A stretch of 64,000 nt of DNA, from assembly GCA_043228905.1 (NCBI GenBank), contig JBHGNT010000138.1, positions 4,660 to 68,659 of the forward strand. Direction: 5' to 3'. The stretch is from Azolla caroliniana (taxonomy: Eukaryota; Plantae; Polypodiophyta). The notes beneath the pieces were generated by a model, which saw only the letters and a list, made by a program, of their open reading frames with translations, had not been told where the DNA came from and made no database searches. Made by a program: the position numbers and the translations under genes. Position 1 is the stretch's first letter. Each line of letters starts with the position of its first letter. This document shows positions 36,160-48,700 of this stretch, piece after piece.

Positions 36160-38394
36160 AAGATCCACGCGTAGCACAAGTAGTCGTCGATGAAGGTGAC
36201 GTAGAATCGGCATCCGCCGATCATTGGCATTTGAGCTGGTCTCCATACATTCGAGTGTATGATGTCGAGGAGGCCTTTGCTCGCGTGGCTCACCTTCGGG
36301 AATGGGAGTCGATGTTGTTTACCGAGTTGACGCGCTTCACATACTCGGTTGACTTGAATGTTGGAATTCCGATGACGACGACCTTTGATTTGCGTAGCTC
36401 GGAGCCGTTGGAGGTTTATGTGGCCAATTCTCTTGTGCCACAACTCGATGCTTGTCTCCGTTTTGAGACCTTTAGCGTACATTGCCGATTTCATCTTGTT
36501 CGAACGAGGATGAACATTCGACCATCTCTCGGCCCCTTAGCTATGAGTCGGCCATCTTTCTCGATGAAACAACCTTCGTTGTTGAAGCGGACTTGCATGC
36601 CTTGCTCCACGATTTGGCCGACCGAGACCAAATTCTTCATTATCGTGGGCACGTGCAAGACATTCTTGATGCAAGTTTGCTCGCCTTCTTTCCCGAATGG
36701 GACATTGTCAATGTGCCGAATAGGATGTGTGGTGTCGTCACCCATCTCTATGATGTCGGGTCGATTGGGTGTGTGCAAATCATTGAACCACTCTTCGTGG
36801 GATGTCATGTGATGTGAGGCACCGGAATCGACGAACCACACATATTCTGAGTTGGAGGTGCTTGTGGATTGGAGGCCATCATAGAGTTCGCTCTATGTCT
36901 CATTACGAATAGACCACCGTAGTCGTTGTATTCGGAGTTGTTGGCGTAGTTTGTGAGTTGTCGATTTGTCGAAGCCGACTCACTTCTCTTTTTCCAACAC
37001 TCCTCTTTGCAGTGGCCGATTTTGCCGCAATAATTGCATGGTATGGGCCTCATTTGGCGACCTTGTTCGGCATGGAAGCTCCCCCTTCTTCTGAAGGTTC
37101 TTTGATGGCTTCCGTGAAGGTTTGAGTTCCCTTCATGCGATGGGCCGAATTGGCCTCTTCTACTACCTCGACTTCGTCCTCAACTACCATCTAAATTCGA
37201 GAAGAACATTTGTCCTTCCGATGTCTTGGTTTTGGCTTGAACGTGGTTCTCTTCAACCATTAGCATTAATTGAAGGTCGAAGAACGAAGGAGGATTTTCC
37301 CTCGCCAAGATTGCCGTCCTCAACGAGTCGAATCGTTGTGCAACGCCGCCCAAGCATACTTGAACCATCTCGTCTTCGTCGACGTTTATTTTGATGGAGC
37401 CAAGCGAGTTGCAAATGCTGTTGATCTTGGCAATGTAGTCCGAATGTTGTTAAACTCTTGTCGTAGTTGAAGCTTTTGGGCGGTCGTGTTGGCGGCGAAC
37501 ATTTTCTTTAAGTTCTCCCACGTCTCTTTCGGCGTCTTGGCGTCTCGAATGTGGCTAAGCATGTGGTCGTGGACACATGTTCCCAAGCAATACATGACTC
37601 GACTAACCGCTTGCTTCCATGTTGAGTAGTCGACGTTCTTTGCGTTCGATCGATTTTCTTGAGCGCCGTTGATGTAACTCCAATACCCTTGGCTGACAAG
37701 GTATTGGGTCATCTTGTAGTCCCAAGATGAATAATTGCTCTGGTCTAGCTTTTCACTAGGGGGCGAGCTACCCATTTGTGTGTTCATTTTGATGTAGTGT
37801 CTTTCGTTTTGCTTTTCTTCCTTCGATCATGTACTCGTGCTACGTAGCGGCACTATGGTAGCGGATAGCTGGAATTTGTCATCGGTGTTTCGAACACACA
37901 ATTATGAAGAGGCGGATGGGCTTAGTGGATATGCTAAACCACATGCTCTAATACCATGTTAATAATTAGGTAATTAAACATGGGTTAATTAGTACCTAAT
38001 TATGTGATTAGTTGATAAGCGGAAGATTACGTGATATGTGTGTGTATGTGTGTGAGAGGAAGAGAGAGAGAAGTACACTTATGAACAACACAAGATGGGG
38101 GATGATTAACTCTATATTAAATTAGCATTATCATCATCAAATACAAAAATACCCACAATGAGGTATATATACATCTCATGTGCAAAGGTGCACATCTGTG
38201 AGTAGAATATAGGTACTAAGGTATAAGTCCTATATTAAATGTACTTAGGAGTGTAAGATCTAGAATATCCCCCTAAGTACAAGGTCCTATTTAAGGCGTT
38301 ATAGTCAACACTCCTAACTAGATTCTATCTAGGTAACTACAAAGTTATATGGTTGACTAAATAACTAAACTAAGTTGAGGTTGATCTCTCAACA

Positions 38395-39399
38395 ATTTTC
38401 AACCACAAGCCCCGATTGATGTTAATATACATCATGATGAGTTGCGAAGTACACAAAACTTTCTTCGGGATATGCAAGATGTGTTGCATATTGCACGAGA
38501 TAATATAAAAAAAACTCAAGATAGAGCTCATTTTTATGCCAATCATAATAGGCAACCTCGTGTATTCAACTCTGGACAGAAAGTACTTTTACGTGTACCT
38601 CACAATTCTAAGACATTGTCTACAGGTAAGTGCGTTAAGTTAACCCCATGGTTTTGTGGACCTTTTACAGTCCTCAAAAGCATTGGTTCATCAGCCAATT
38701 GTCTTGTTGTTCCTAATGGCGTTGAAATCCATCCAATTTTTTATGTAGATCGTCTAAAAGAACTTCTTGGTTATGGCGACAATACAGTGACAATTGAAAC
38801 TCTGGTTAAAACGAAAAATTTGCGTTCTAAAATAATCCGAGAATTTAAAACAAAATGGATGGATAAGTCTATCAAAGATACCACATAGGAACCCGAAAAT
38901 ACACTTACAACTAACTTCCCTAACTTTCCATTACAAGAGTGCAATGTTTTAAAGAGGGGAAGTATGTTACGGGCATGACCATATCCCGTGGTGAGTTTTA
39001 CCATAGTATTCTATACACATGGATAAAGTGTGAGTGTAAAGAAGGAAAGGATTGCTTTTAGTCCTTGGGATTGGGACAACCCATTAGGCCAAGTGTGAAC
39101 TTGCTTGGGGACCTTAGGTTTGGCTATAAATATGAGGCCTAGTTACCCTCATTTGACACATTATCGACTATGTCGAGACTCCGTCATTGTGGTGGGTCAA
39201 CTCATGTAGTGAGTGCGCCAGCACCAGGTACGACTCGACGCCACAACGGTGGTATGGGATGCCGATCGAGGCCCGTCCGTCTCGATTCCTTCGCTCGGGG
39301 GTGGTCGGGTGGATCGGAACCCTTCTTTCTCTCTCTCCTTTCTTATTTTATATCTATTATATCCTTATCTCATGTTTACATTAGGATCTAGCTCTACCA
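38395..39399 (+). mobile_element. 3' end of a Ty3/Gypsy chromovirus (integrase C-terminus, chromodomain remnant, PPT, 3' LTR)
   Basis: KLTPWFCGPFTVLK..HPIFYVDRLK, then EFKTKWMDKSIKDTT*EPE; PPT AAGAGGGGAAG ~38951-38962; LTR TGTTACGGGCATGACC ~38965-39399. Confidence 0.82.
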
Positions 39400-40260
39400 A
39401 GTCCAGTGGATGTGAACCATTGATTGTAAGACCAACGAATAATTCCTTAAAATGGAAAATTGTTATAGAGGCTCACAAATTACTAAATAATTGCCGCTAG
39501 AAGGCACACATTTGAACGAGAAGATGGGAGGGGATATATATACAATCAATGAACGATTTTGTGTAATATAAGGTTTGTAATATAATTTCTCCCTCTTTTT
39601 ATCTTGAACATTTGCATATAATGTTGTAGTGTAATTGCTATCAAGTGACCTAACTTATAAAGGCAACACTCAGCTAGTATCATTTGTGAATCTACCATTC
39701 ATAATGTGGTTTTCATTTTTATGATAGGAATCTAGTTAACGATAGGATACATGCATAGTGAGGCCAAAGGTAAGAGGCCAAAGCCAAAGCATTGGATGCA
39801 AACTATCACTAAAAGAGCCCTTCTTCCCCACCTAGATGCTGTGGACAATGGATCAAAGGTAAGATGTATAGAGAATACTAAACAACCCCCTAATCTAATA
39901 AATGCATGCTCTTGAGTCATGATATCACACAACCATGTGTGCCTAAGCTGCTCGAGCGGAACTACATGGAATCTATACTAGGGAAGATGTGATCTCATAC
40001 AAGAAGAACCTTAAAACCCCTTTGAAGGTTTCCTTGAGGAATTTCCCCTTTCTTTGTAAATAATGCTCGTTGATCTCCTGGGCTCGCTAGGCTCATGGGC
40101 TCCTCAAGCTCGTAGAGTTACTAGGCTTTTGGGCTCCTTGGGCCCATTGGCCTTGTGGCCTTGTTTGTGTCATGGGCAAGTTAGGGTCGTACGCTCCTAT
40201 CATTTTGGGATCCTCTGAATCTTGTGCTCCTTGGATTCCTCTTCTAGCCACCACTACTTT

Positions 40261-40560
40261 TATTAAGCGAGCACGCTCAACCGGATCCGAATCGGCGGAA
40301 TAAGCCAAAGCTGGATCGGTGTACGGATGATATCCGGAACTAGGAGCCGGATAAGAGACCTAGATCGGATTGAAACCAGCAGGCCATTAGAGGCCTACGT
40401 AGGCATTTTTTTGGGATTCAGTGATAGTTGCTCATGTGAGCATTGATGTACCTGTCAGTACTTCTGCCAGCCCTTTATGAACTTGTATAAAAGTGCTCTC
40501 TGATCACATTCTATGTACACATAATATTGAGAGTATTATTTTGAATTGAGTTTATGTTCT

Positions 40561-40602
<42 letters not shown>

Positions 40603-43600
40603 CCTCCCACGCGTATTCTCTGTGTTAAGTTCTCCATTAAACCTGTTACGAGCATGACCATATAATATCCTGTGGTGAGAATTTACCGTAGTATTCTATA
40701 CACGTGGATAAGTGTGAGGGTTAAATGAGAGTGTAAAGAAGGGGAGGATTACTTTTAATCCTCGAGATTGAGACAACCCATTAGGCCAAGTGTGAACTTG
40801 CATGGGGGCCTTGGGTATCGCTATAAATAAGAGACCTAGCTACCCTCATTTCATCATCTTGTTGACTACATCAAGACTATGTTCTTGTGGTGGGTCAACT
40901 CTTGTAGTGAGCGCGCCGACACCAGGTATGGGACGCCGATTGAGGCTCGAGTTCGTCTCGATCCCTTCGCTCGAGGGTGGTCGGGTGGATCAACATTCTT
41001 CTTTCTCTCTCTCCTCTCTATCTAGATCTATTGTTTATCCTTATCCTTTGCTTACATTAGTACATATCTATAATAAAACCTTTTCTCATTTTCTATTGCT
41101 ATATGGCTGAGCCGGTTTGTCAAATGCTTCTGCACGCTAACTTTCACATGGTATCAGAGCGCGAGGGTTGAGAACCTCTACAACCGACAGACGCTTTCGA
41201 AGACAAACCCTAGTACCCGGTAATGACAGACAAAGAAAGATATGGACTGAGGTATGGTGAGTTCACTTCCCACAGAGAAGGTCAACTAGAGCAACTACAC
41301 GTCCTGGTCATATAAAATGCACCAGTACTTGTGCCGGAGCCGGCACACAAGGACTTCTTGGTATGGGAGCAAGGAGTGAGCCGAGTTTTGTATTGCCTCA
41401 CCTCCTGTGTGTATGATCAGATGCTCAGCTACATCAAGGATGCAAAGACGCCGAAGGAGGCCTAGGAAAATCTACGGAAGATTTTCGCCGCAAGTACCAC
41501 AACCTGTAAGTTGCAGCTCTGGCAAGAGCTAAACAACATCCAACAGAGAGACATGTCGGTTACGGACTACACCACCAAGGTAAAGGAGATTTGTGACGCG
41601 GTTGGGTCCATCAACGTGACGGTGGACGAACACGAGATGGTCCATATTTGTCTTGGTGATCTAGCACAACAATACGGGCCAATCCGGATGGCAATTTGCA
41701 CCTGGGAGAAACCACCGTCCTTCTTTGAATTACAATCAATGTTGATGGTCGAAGAAAACCACGCGAGTGGGTTGAAGAACACTCAATCGATGCCGTGGGC
41801 GTGGAGGACGAGGTGGGTCGGCACGCAATGGAAGCGGCCGGCAAGAGCAGAACTGAAGGCACGGAGACGATGCCGACAACAGTTCCGGACCCCCCATAAG
41901 TAGGGGGAGTCAAGTCAGAGCTGGAAATTGGCAAGGAAAAGCCGACATGGAATGCTGGTACTATGGCAAAAAGGGCCATAGGGAAAGCGAGTGCTGGAAG
42001 AAGCACGCCGATTTGGATAAATCCGGATCCGGCAAGATCGGATAGGGAAACTGGCAAAGCTCGCACTATGCAGAAGGATCGGAAGGATTCAGAACCGGGA
42101 AGACCGGTAAAGGGCCAACCTTCGTGATGAAGCACAAGGCTAACTCGATGAAGAAGACTACTTCCAAATCATAGGAATTATGGTATGTTGATTCTGGAGC
42201 GTCCAACCACATGACGAGCCATGAAGAGTGGTTCTCTTTTTTGGAGAAACCAGAACAACAGGGGATTGTCGAAACTGGAGACGACACCCCTCACCCGATT
42301 GTGCATGTCGGAGAAAAGGGGAAGCTGATGAACGTAAATTACACGTTCCGAATATCACAAAGAACTTGGTATCGGTCGGACAAATCGTCGACCAAGGAAT
42401 GCAAGTGCGGTTTAGGTGCCTCGGGTGCTTCATCTTAGAAGAAGGCTGGATAATTGCGCAAGGGCGTAGAGAAGGGAGGATGTTCATCCTCAACACTAAT
42501 GATGTTGACACCGCCATGTTTGCCAAAGGACAGAAGATTGAATCATACATCGATCTCTGGCACAAGCGGATCGGTCACGTCAATTATCGGAGGCTTCAGG
42601 ACCTACAATCGAAACAAGTTGTGTTCGGTTTGCCAAAATTCAGTGGCCGGAAGGCCCGAATTTGTGAAGCCTGCTAACTCGGGAAGCAAACCGGCTTCCA
42701 TTCCCCACCGAACGAAACCAGAGCCGTAACAAGCTCGACTTAATCCACTTGGATGTATGGGGACCGACACAAAACTTTAGTCTTGGCGGGAGTCAATATT
42801 TCTTCTCCTTCATCGGCGACTATAGCCGACACATGTGGATCTACCTCATCGAGAAGAAAAGCGAAGTCTTCGAATGTTTTTGGAACCTTCAAAGCTTAGT
42901 TGAATGGGAAACAGAGAGGAAGATCAAGTGCCTGTGGTCGAATGGTGGAAAAGAATACTTTTCCGGCCAATTCAACAGTTATCTGCAGCAGAACGGAATT
43001 CAGAGAGAATTCAGCTGCAGATACACACCAGAGCAAAACGGTGTGGCTGAAAGGAAGAACCGGTTGATTGTTGACGTGGCAAGGGCAATGTTGGAGGAGA
43101 AGAGCATGCCCCAATTCTATTGGGCTGAGGTGGTCCGAACGACCATCTACATCCAAAACCGGATCGGAGACAAGGTGTTAGCACATGAGCTGTACGTCGG
43201 GCGGAAGTCAAATTTGAGGCACCTTTGGATATTCGGTAGCATAGCATATGTGAATGAACCGGATGGGAAGCGAAAGAAGCTAGATCCGAAGTCGGAGAAG
43301 TGCATCCTAATAGGTTACTCGCATGAGAAAAAGGGGAACAGTCTGGACGGTCCGGTTTGCATTTTGCTTTATGTAGAAGATTTAGTCATCACCGACCGAG
43401 TGAAGTCCCAACTATCAGACACATTTGAAATGAAGGACTTGGGGAACCTTCATTATTTTCTTGGGATCGAGGTGATCTAAACCCCCGATGGCATATTGCT
43501 CTCACAACGCCATTATGTGTTGAATATGTTGTACAAGTTCCGCATGATTGAATATTGACCGATCTCCACAACCCTAGACCGGAACTTGAAGCTACGTCCT

Positions 43601-45127
43601 CACTCCAGCCCGACCTGTGATGAGAAACGGTCAAGCACCTTTACTGCGCACACCGGATACTCTGGTATGTTAGCGGCACGAAGAACCGAGGACTGTTATA
43701 CTGACACAATATAGCTGGGAAGCTAGTCGGATATACCGATGCCAACTGGGTTGGTGATGCATCGGATCGCCGATCCACCTCCGGTTACATGTTTTCTCCT
43801 GGTAGCGTGGTTGTCACGTGGAGCAGCAAAAACAAGCCAACAATGGCTTTGTCGAGCACTGAGGCTGAATACCGGGGCCCTACCATTGCCACCTGTGAAG
43901 CCATTTGGCTTCGGCGACTGTTGCGAGACCTCCGGATTGAGGTGCCGAACCCGATCCTCATCTACTGTGACAATGTAAGCAGCATACAGCTCGCCAAGAA
44001 TCCTGTATTCCATGCTCGGACAAAGCACATAGAAGTGCATTATCACTTTGTTCACGAGCGGGTCATGAGCAGTGAAGTTGAATTTCGGTATGTTCACACG
44101 GATCGGCAGGTTGCCGACGTCTTCACCAAGCCACTCGGATCGGACAAGTTGCAACATTTTTTAGAGATGCTCGGCATTCAACATCTCGATGTGCTGCACT
44201 TGAGGGGGAGAATAGGAACAGGAATGGATGGCACCAAAAAAGGAGCTGGAGAGGAAGAAAGAACCAAGGTGGGAGACGAGCAGATAAAGGAAGTCGAGAC
44301 GACCGAAGGAGTCGGCACATCCAAACAAGTTGGAGCAATCGGCAATGATGGCAGAGTCAAGAAGGACAGAGCCGACCGGAAGAAGGCCAAGAAATGGAGG
44401 TGGTCCGATGTGGTGAAGGGCCTAAAAACAAAAGCCGAGTTGGAGACTACCAACTCGGACAAGAGTTGGAACGAATCGGAGGAAGCCGATCCTGTTCAAG
44501 ATTCACAGAAGTCATATCAAGTAAAGGCCAAGTGGACGAGGAGGCAACGGAAGTCGACATCGACACGGAGGAACCAATGGATCGACAAGCGCTGTAGTCA
44601 TAGCAGTGAAGGAGCTGAAATGGGCCTATTGATCAAACAAGCCGACCAAGGAGGTCGAGGTGCGCAGTACCAGACAGGTCGCGGGAAGCGGAAGCGAACC
44701 AGACGAGGAGCGCGAGCAAGGCGGGAGGACGTCAGAAGGAGCTAGAGGAAAGCACCGACTATTGCAGACACTGACACCATGATCCGACCTCAAGTTGAGC
44801 TTGAGGGGGAGTGTTGAGCGAGCAAGCTCAAGCGGATCCGGTTTGGTTGAATAAGCCAGAGCCGGATCGGTATCCGGATGATATCCAGAACCAGGAGCCG
44901 TATTGGAGACCCGGATAAGATTGAAACCAATAGGCCATTAGAGGCCTACGGATCCAACCTAGTACGCAGGCATATTTTTGGGAGTTAGTGATAGTCGCTC
45001 ATGTGAGCATTGAAGTACCTGTTAGTACTTCTCTCAGTCCCTTATGGACTTGTATAAAAGTGTTGTCTGAGCACATTGTATGTACACAGAATATTGAGAG
45101 TATTATTTTGATTTGATTTTATGTTAT

Positions 45128-45165
<38 letters not shown>

Positions 45166-45268
45166 ACGCGTATTCTTTGTGTTAAGTTCTCCATTAAATC
45201 TTTTCTCATTTTCTGTTGCTATCCGGCTGAGCCGGTTTGTCGAACGCTTTCGCACGCTAAATCTCACA
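40261..45268 (+). mobile_element. Ty1/Copia element with paired LTRs, internal RT deletion and a solo LTR in its 5' LTR
   Basis: TSD ACTTT at 40256-40260 and 45269-45273; 5' LTR 40261-41148; PBS TGGTATCAGAGC 41149-41160; 3' LTR 44812-45268; integrase joined to late RT at ~43338; RH + extension ORF 43789-44745. Confidence 0.92.
40644..41075 (+). mobile_element. Solo LTR (432 bp) of the TGTTAC chromovirus family
   Basis: TSD AAACC at 40639-40643 and 41076-41080; TGTTACGAGC...CTATAATA; homologous to 16208-16663 and 38965-39399. Confidence 0.9.
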
Positions 45269-45746
45269 ACTTTCATACACAATCTCTCTCTCTTTCACTC
45301 CCACTAATGGTACAATGGTGTTTAAACCGTTGAATATGGGATTTGGGTAAGTGCACTTGATTAACAAAACATTACAAGATTAAGACCTTAATACACATGA
45401 TTTTTTCAACAAACCCCTTTATACCCATTAGAGTTAACCGAAATAGCACCATGATAATGATGGTTTTTACAAAATGGCATTCAAGTTTAAACAAGAAAAC
45501 AAACAATAAGGAGCGGTTGAGCTTTCAGTGAAGATCCAAGCGGAGAGGTGTCATCGAGGCCTCAAGTACGATAAATGACAACAATGCCTTTATTTTGATG
45601 TAGTGAAGAAGAAGCTTAACAAATTCACTATCACACTCACTCTCTCTTAAACCCAAAAACATTTAAAAAGAAAGAAGAAGAAGAAAATATAAGAAAACCC
45701 TAGATAAAACAAAAAATGGAGACATAAAACTGCTCAACAAAAAATC

Positions 45747-48700
45747 TGTTGAGAGACAAGCTCAACATTCGTGCGTAATACGATGCGTAACCCAGTGTGT
45801 AGACTGGGTGCGTAAATCGGTACGCATAACATGGCCGTATCGGTGTGAAAACTGCGAGGCCGTTGGGAAGATATTCCTCGTAAGGAATAATTTTGGGAGT
45901 TAGTGTAGTAGGCTTATTTATGAGCAGTCAAGTACTGTCAATACTTGTGTCAACCCTATTGTCAGGGCTTGTATAAAAGGTGCTCACTGAGCACGGTGTA
46001 TGTACAGATTAAGTATTATTTTGAATTGAGTTTCTGTGTTCTCTCTCTGTCTCTCCCACGTACTGTGTATATTCAAGCTCTCCATTAAACCTGCGTATTG
46101 CTTCCGCATATAATCTTTTTAATGGTATTAGAGCGCGAGGGTTGAGAACCTCTGCAGCCGACATAACTTGAAAAGAGAACTAACCAAGAAGAATAGGAAA
46201 AAACAAAATGGATAGAGGCATGGCTAGCTCGCTTCCTACCGAGAAGCTCGACAGAAACAACTACGCGTCTTGGTCCTACAAGATGCACCAGTACCTGCTC
46301 GGGCATGGTTATTGGAGCTATGTCGACGGAGCAAATGACACAACACTTGAATCGACACACAGAATATTGTACTGCTTCGCGTCTTGTGTGGGCGAATAGC
46401 TCTTGAGCTATATTCGGGATGCGAAAATGCCAAAGGATGGTTGGGAAAATCTGAAGATCTTCGCCGCAAGCACCACAGCCAGGAAGCTTCAACTCCGATA
46501 GGAGCTGAGCAATTTACGACAACGTGACTTATCGGTGGCTGATTACACCTCGCAGATCAAAGAGATATGCGACTCTATCGATGTGAACGTTGACGAAGGC
46601 AAGATGGTGCAAATCTGTCTTGGGGGACTGGTGTCGAAGTTCGGAGTGTTCCGAACTGCTGTGTGTACACGGGAGAATATGCCGTCATTTTTTGACTTAC
46701 AATCGATGCTCCTTATAGAGGAGAGGAGAACCACACGGGTGTGACGACAAGCACGCATGCCAACAACAAGATGTTGTACACGGAGGGAGATAGGCCCCGT
46801 GGTCGTGGCAGACGAGGCGAGTCGGTGCGCAATGGAGGCGGTCGACGGGATCGAGGAAGAAGGCACCGAAGTGATGCCGACAACAATTCTTGACCCTCCA
46901 GAATAGAGGGAGTCGAGTCGACGAGAACTAGCAAGGGAAATTTGTCGCGGAATGCTGGTACTGTGGCAAAAATGGCCACAAGGAGAGCGAGTGCTGGAAG
47001 AAGAGCACCGATTTGGATAGGACCGGATCCGAATCAGGTTCCGGACAGACCGACAAAGGAAATCGGCAGTGATCGCACTACGCTGAAGGATCCGAAAAAG
47101 CCGGAAAAGGGTCAGTCTTCGTGACGAGACACGAAGCAAACTCGATGAAGAAGAACACCCCGAAGTCGGACGAGGTGTGGTACGTCGACTCCGGCGCGTC
47201 AAACCACATGACGTGCCACAAGGAGTGGTTCTCGTACCCGGAAAAACCGATGCAACCGGGAGTAGTCGCAACTGGAGACGACACTCCGCATCCGATCGTG
47301 AATGTCGGTGAAGTTCCCTTGAGCCATGTCGGGCAGAAAGGGAAACTTATGAACGTGTTACACATCCCAACAATCACGAAGAATATGGTGTCGGTCGGGC
47401 AGATCGTCGACTAGGGGATGCAAGTTCGGTTCACGCATCTTGGGTGCTTCATCGAGGAAGAAGGCCGAGTTATTGCGCAAGGGCACAGAGACGGGAGGAT
47501 GTTTATCCTCAACTCTAGTGACAGTGGCACCGCAATGTTCGCGAAAGGACAAAAAGTCGAGTCAGATATCGACTTATGGCACAAGAGAATAGGCCACATT
47601 CAACTATCAACGGCTTCAGGACCTGCAATCGAAACAGGTGGTGTTCAGATTGCCCAATTTTAGTGGCCAGAAGGCATGAATTTGTGAAGCCTACTAGCTA
47701 GGGAAGCAACACCGACTTCCTTTCCCTAACGAGCGTAATCGGAGCCGGAACAAGCTCGACTTGATACATTCCGATGTATGGGGGCCGGCATAGAACGTTA
47801 GTCTTGGCGGGAGTCGATATTTTGTCTCCTTCATCGACGACAATACGTGGCACACATGGATCTACCTCATCGAGAAGAAGAGTGAAGTCTTCGACTGTTT
47901 CCGGGACCTCAAAGGGTTCGTGGAAACGGAATAGGACGAAAGATCAAGCGCTTGCGGTCTGATGGCGGAAAAGAGTACTTTTCTGGTCAATGCAACGGCT
48001 ATCTACAACAGATGGGAATTCGGCACGAATTCAGTTGTAGATACACACCGGAGCAAAATGGCGTGGCCGAGAGGAAGAATTGGTCAATTGTAGAAGCGGC
48101 ACGAGCAATGTTGGAGGAGAAGAGCTTGCCCAAGTTCTATTGGGCCGAGGTGGTACGAACCACGGTGTACATTCAGAATTGGATCGGAGAAAAAGTGTCG
48201 GCGCATGAGCTTTATTTCAGAAGGAAGCTGAATCTGCGACACTTGAGAGTTTTCGGTAGCATTGTGTATGTGCATGTGCCGAAGGAGAAACGGAGGAAGT
48301 TGGACGTGAAAGCTGAGAAGTGTATCTTGGTTGGCTATTTGGACGAGTAGAAGGGTTATAAGTGTTATAACCCTCGCACCAAACAAGCGCGCGTGAGCTG
48401 CAACATTGTGTTTGACGAGTCCGCGTCTTGGTACTTGCCTCCAGACCTCACCTCTAATCTGAGTTCTGACGATGAGGTCAACGAGGTTGAGATGCCTCCG
48501 GATGAGCCTGAAATCGGGACCCGCGAAGAGAGTCCGATTTCATTTCGGTTAAGCGGACCGGATGGGCGACTGAGTCAGTTTGACCAGTCCGATGAAGAGC
48601 TGGCGAGTAGTGGAGACTCGGCCGTGCATTCCCCGCGCAGGAAGCCGAGGAGACGGCTTACACGCAAGGAAAAAGGGAAGAAGAAGGTGTCAGATTATGG

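Larger units (their letters stand above)
18708..38394 (-). mobile_element. Internally deleted Ty1/Copia element acting as host for three nested insertions
   Basis: 5' LTR 38394-37957; PBS TGGTATTAGAGC 37956-37945; gag/protease/integrase remnants 37787-36160 (EKLDQSNYSSWDYKM, CNYCGKIGHCKEEC, WFVDSGASHHM, ELWHKRIGH); integrase C-terminus 25441-24700 with RT/RH deleted; PPT 24552-24541; 3' LTR 24540-24434 + 18767-18708 matches 38394-38229. Confidence 0.85.
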
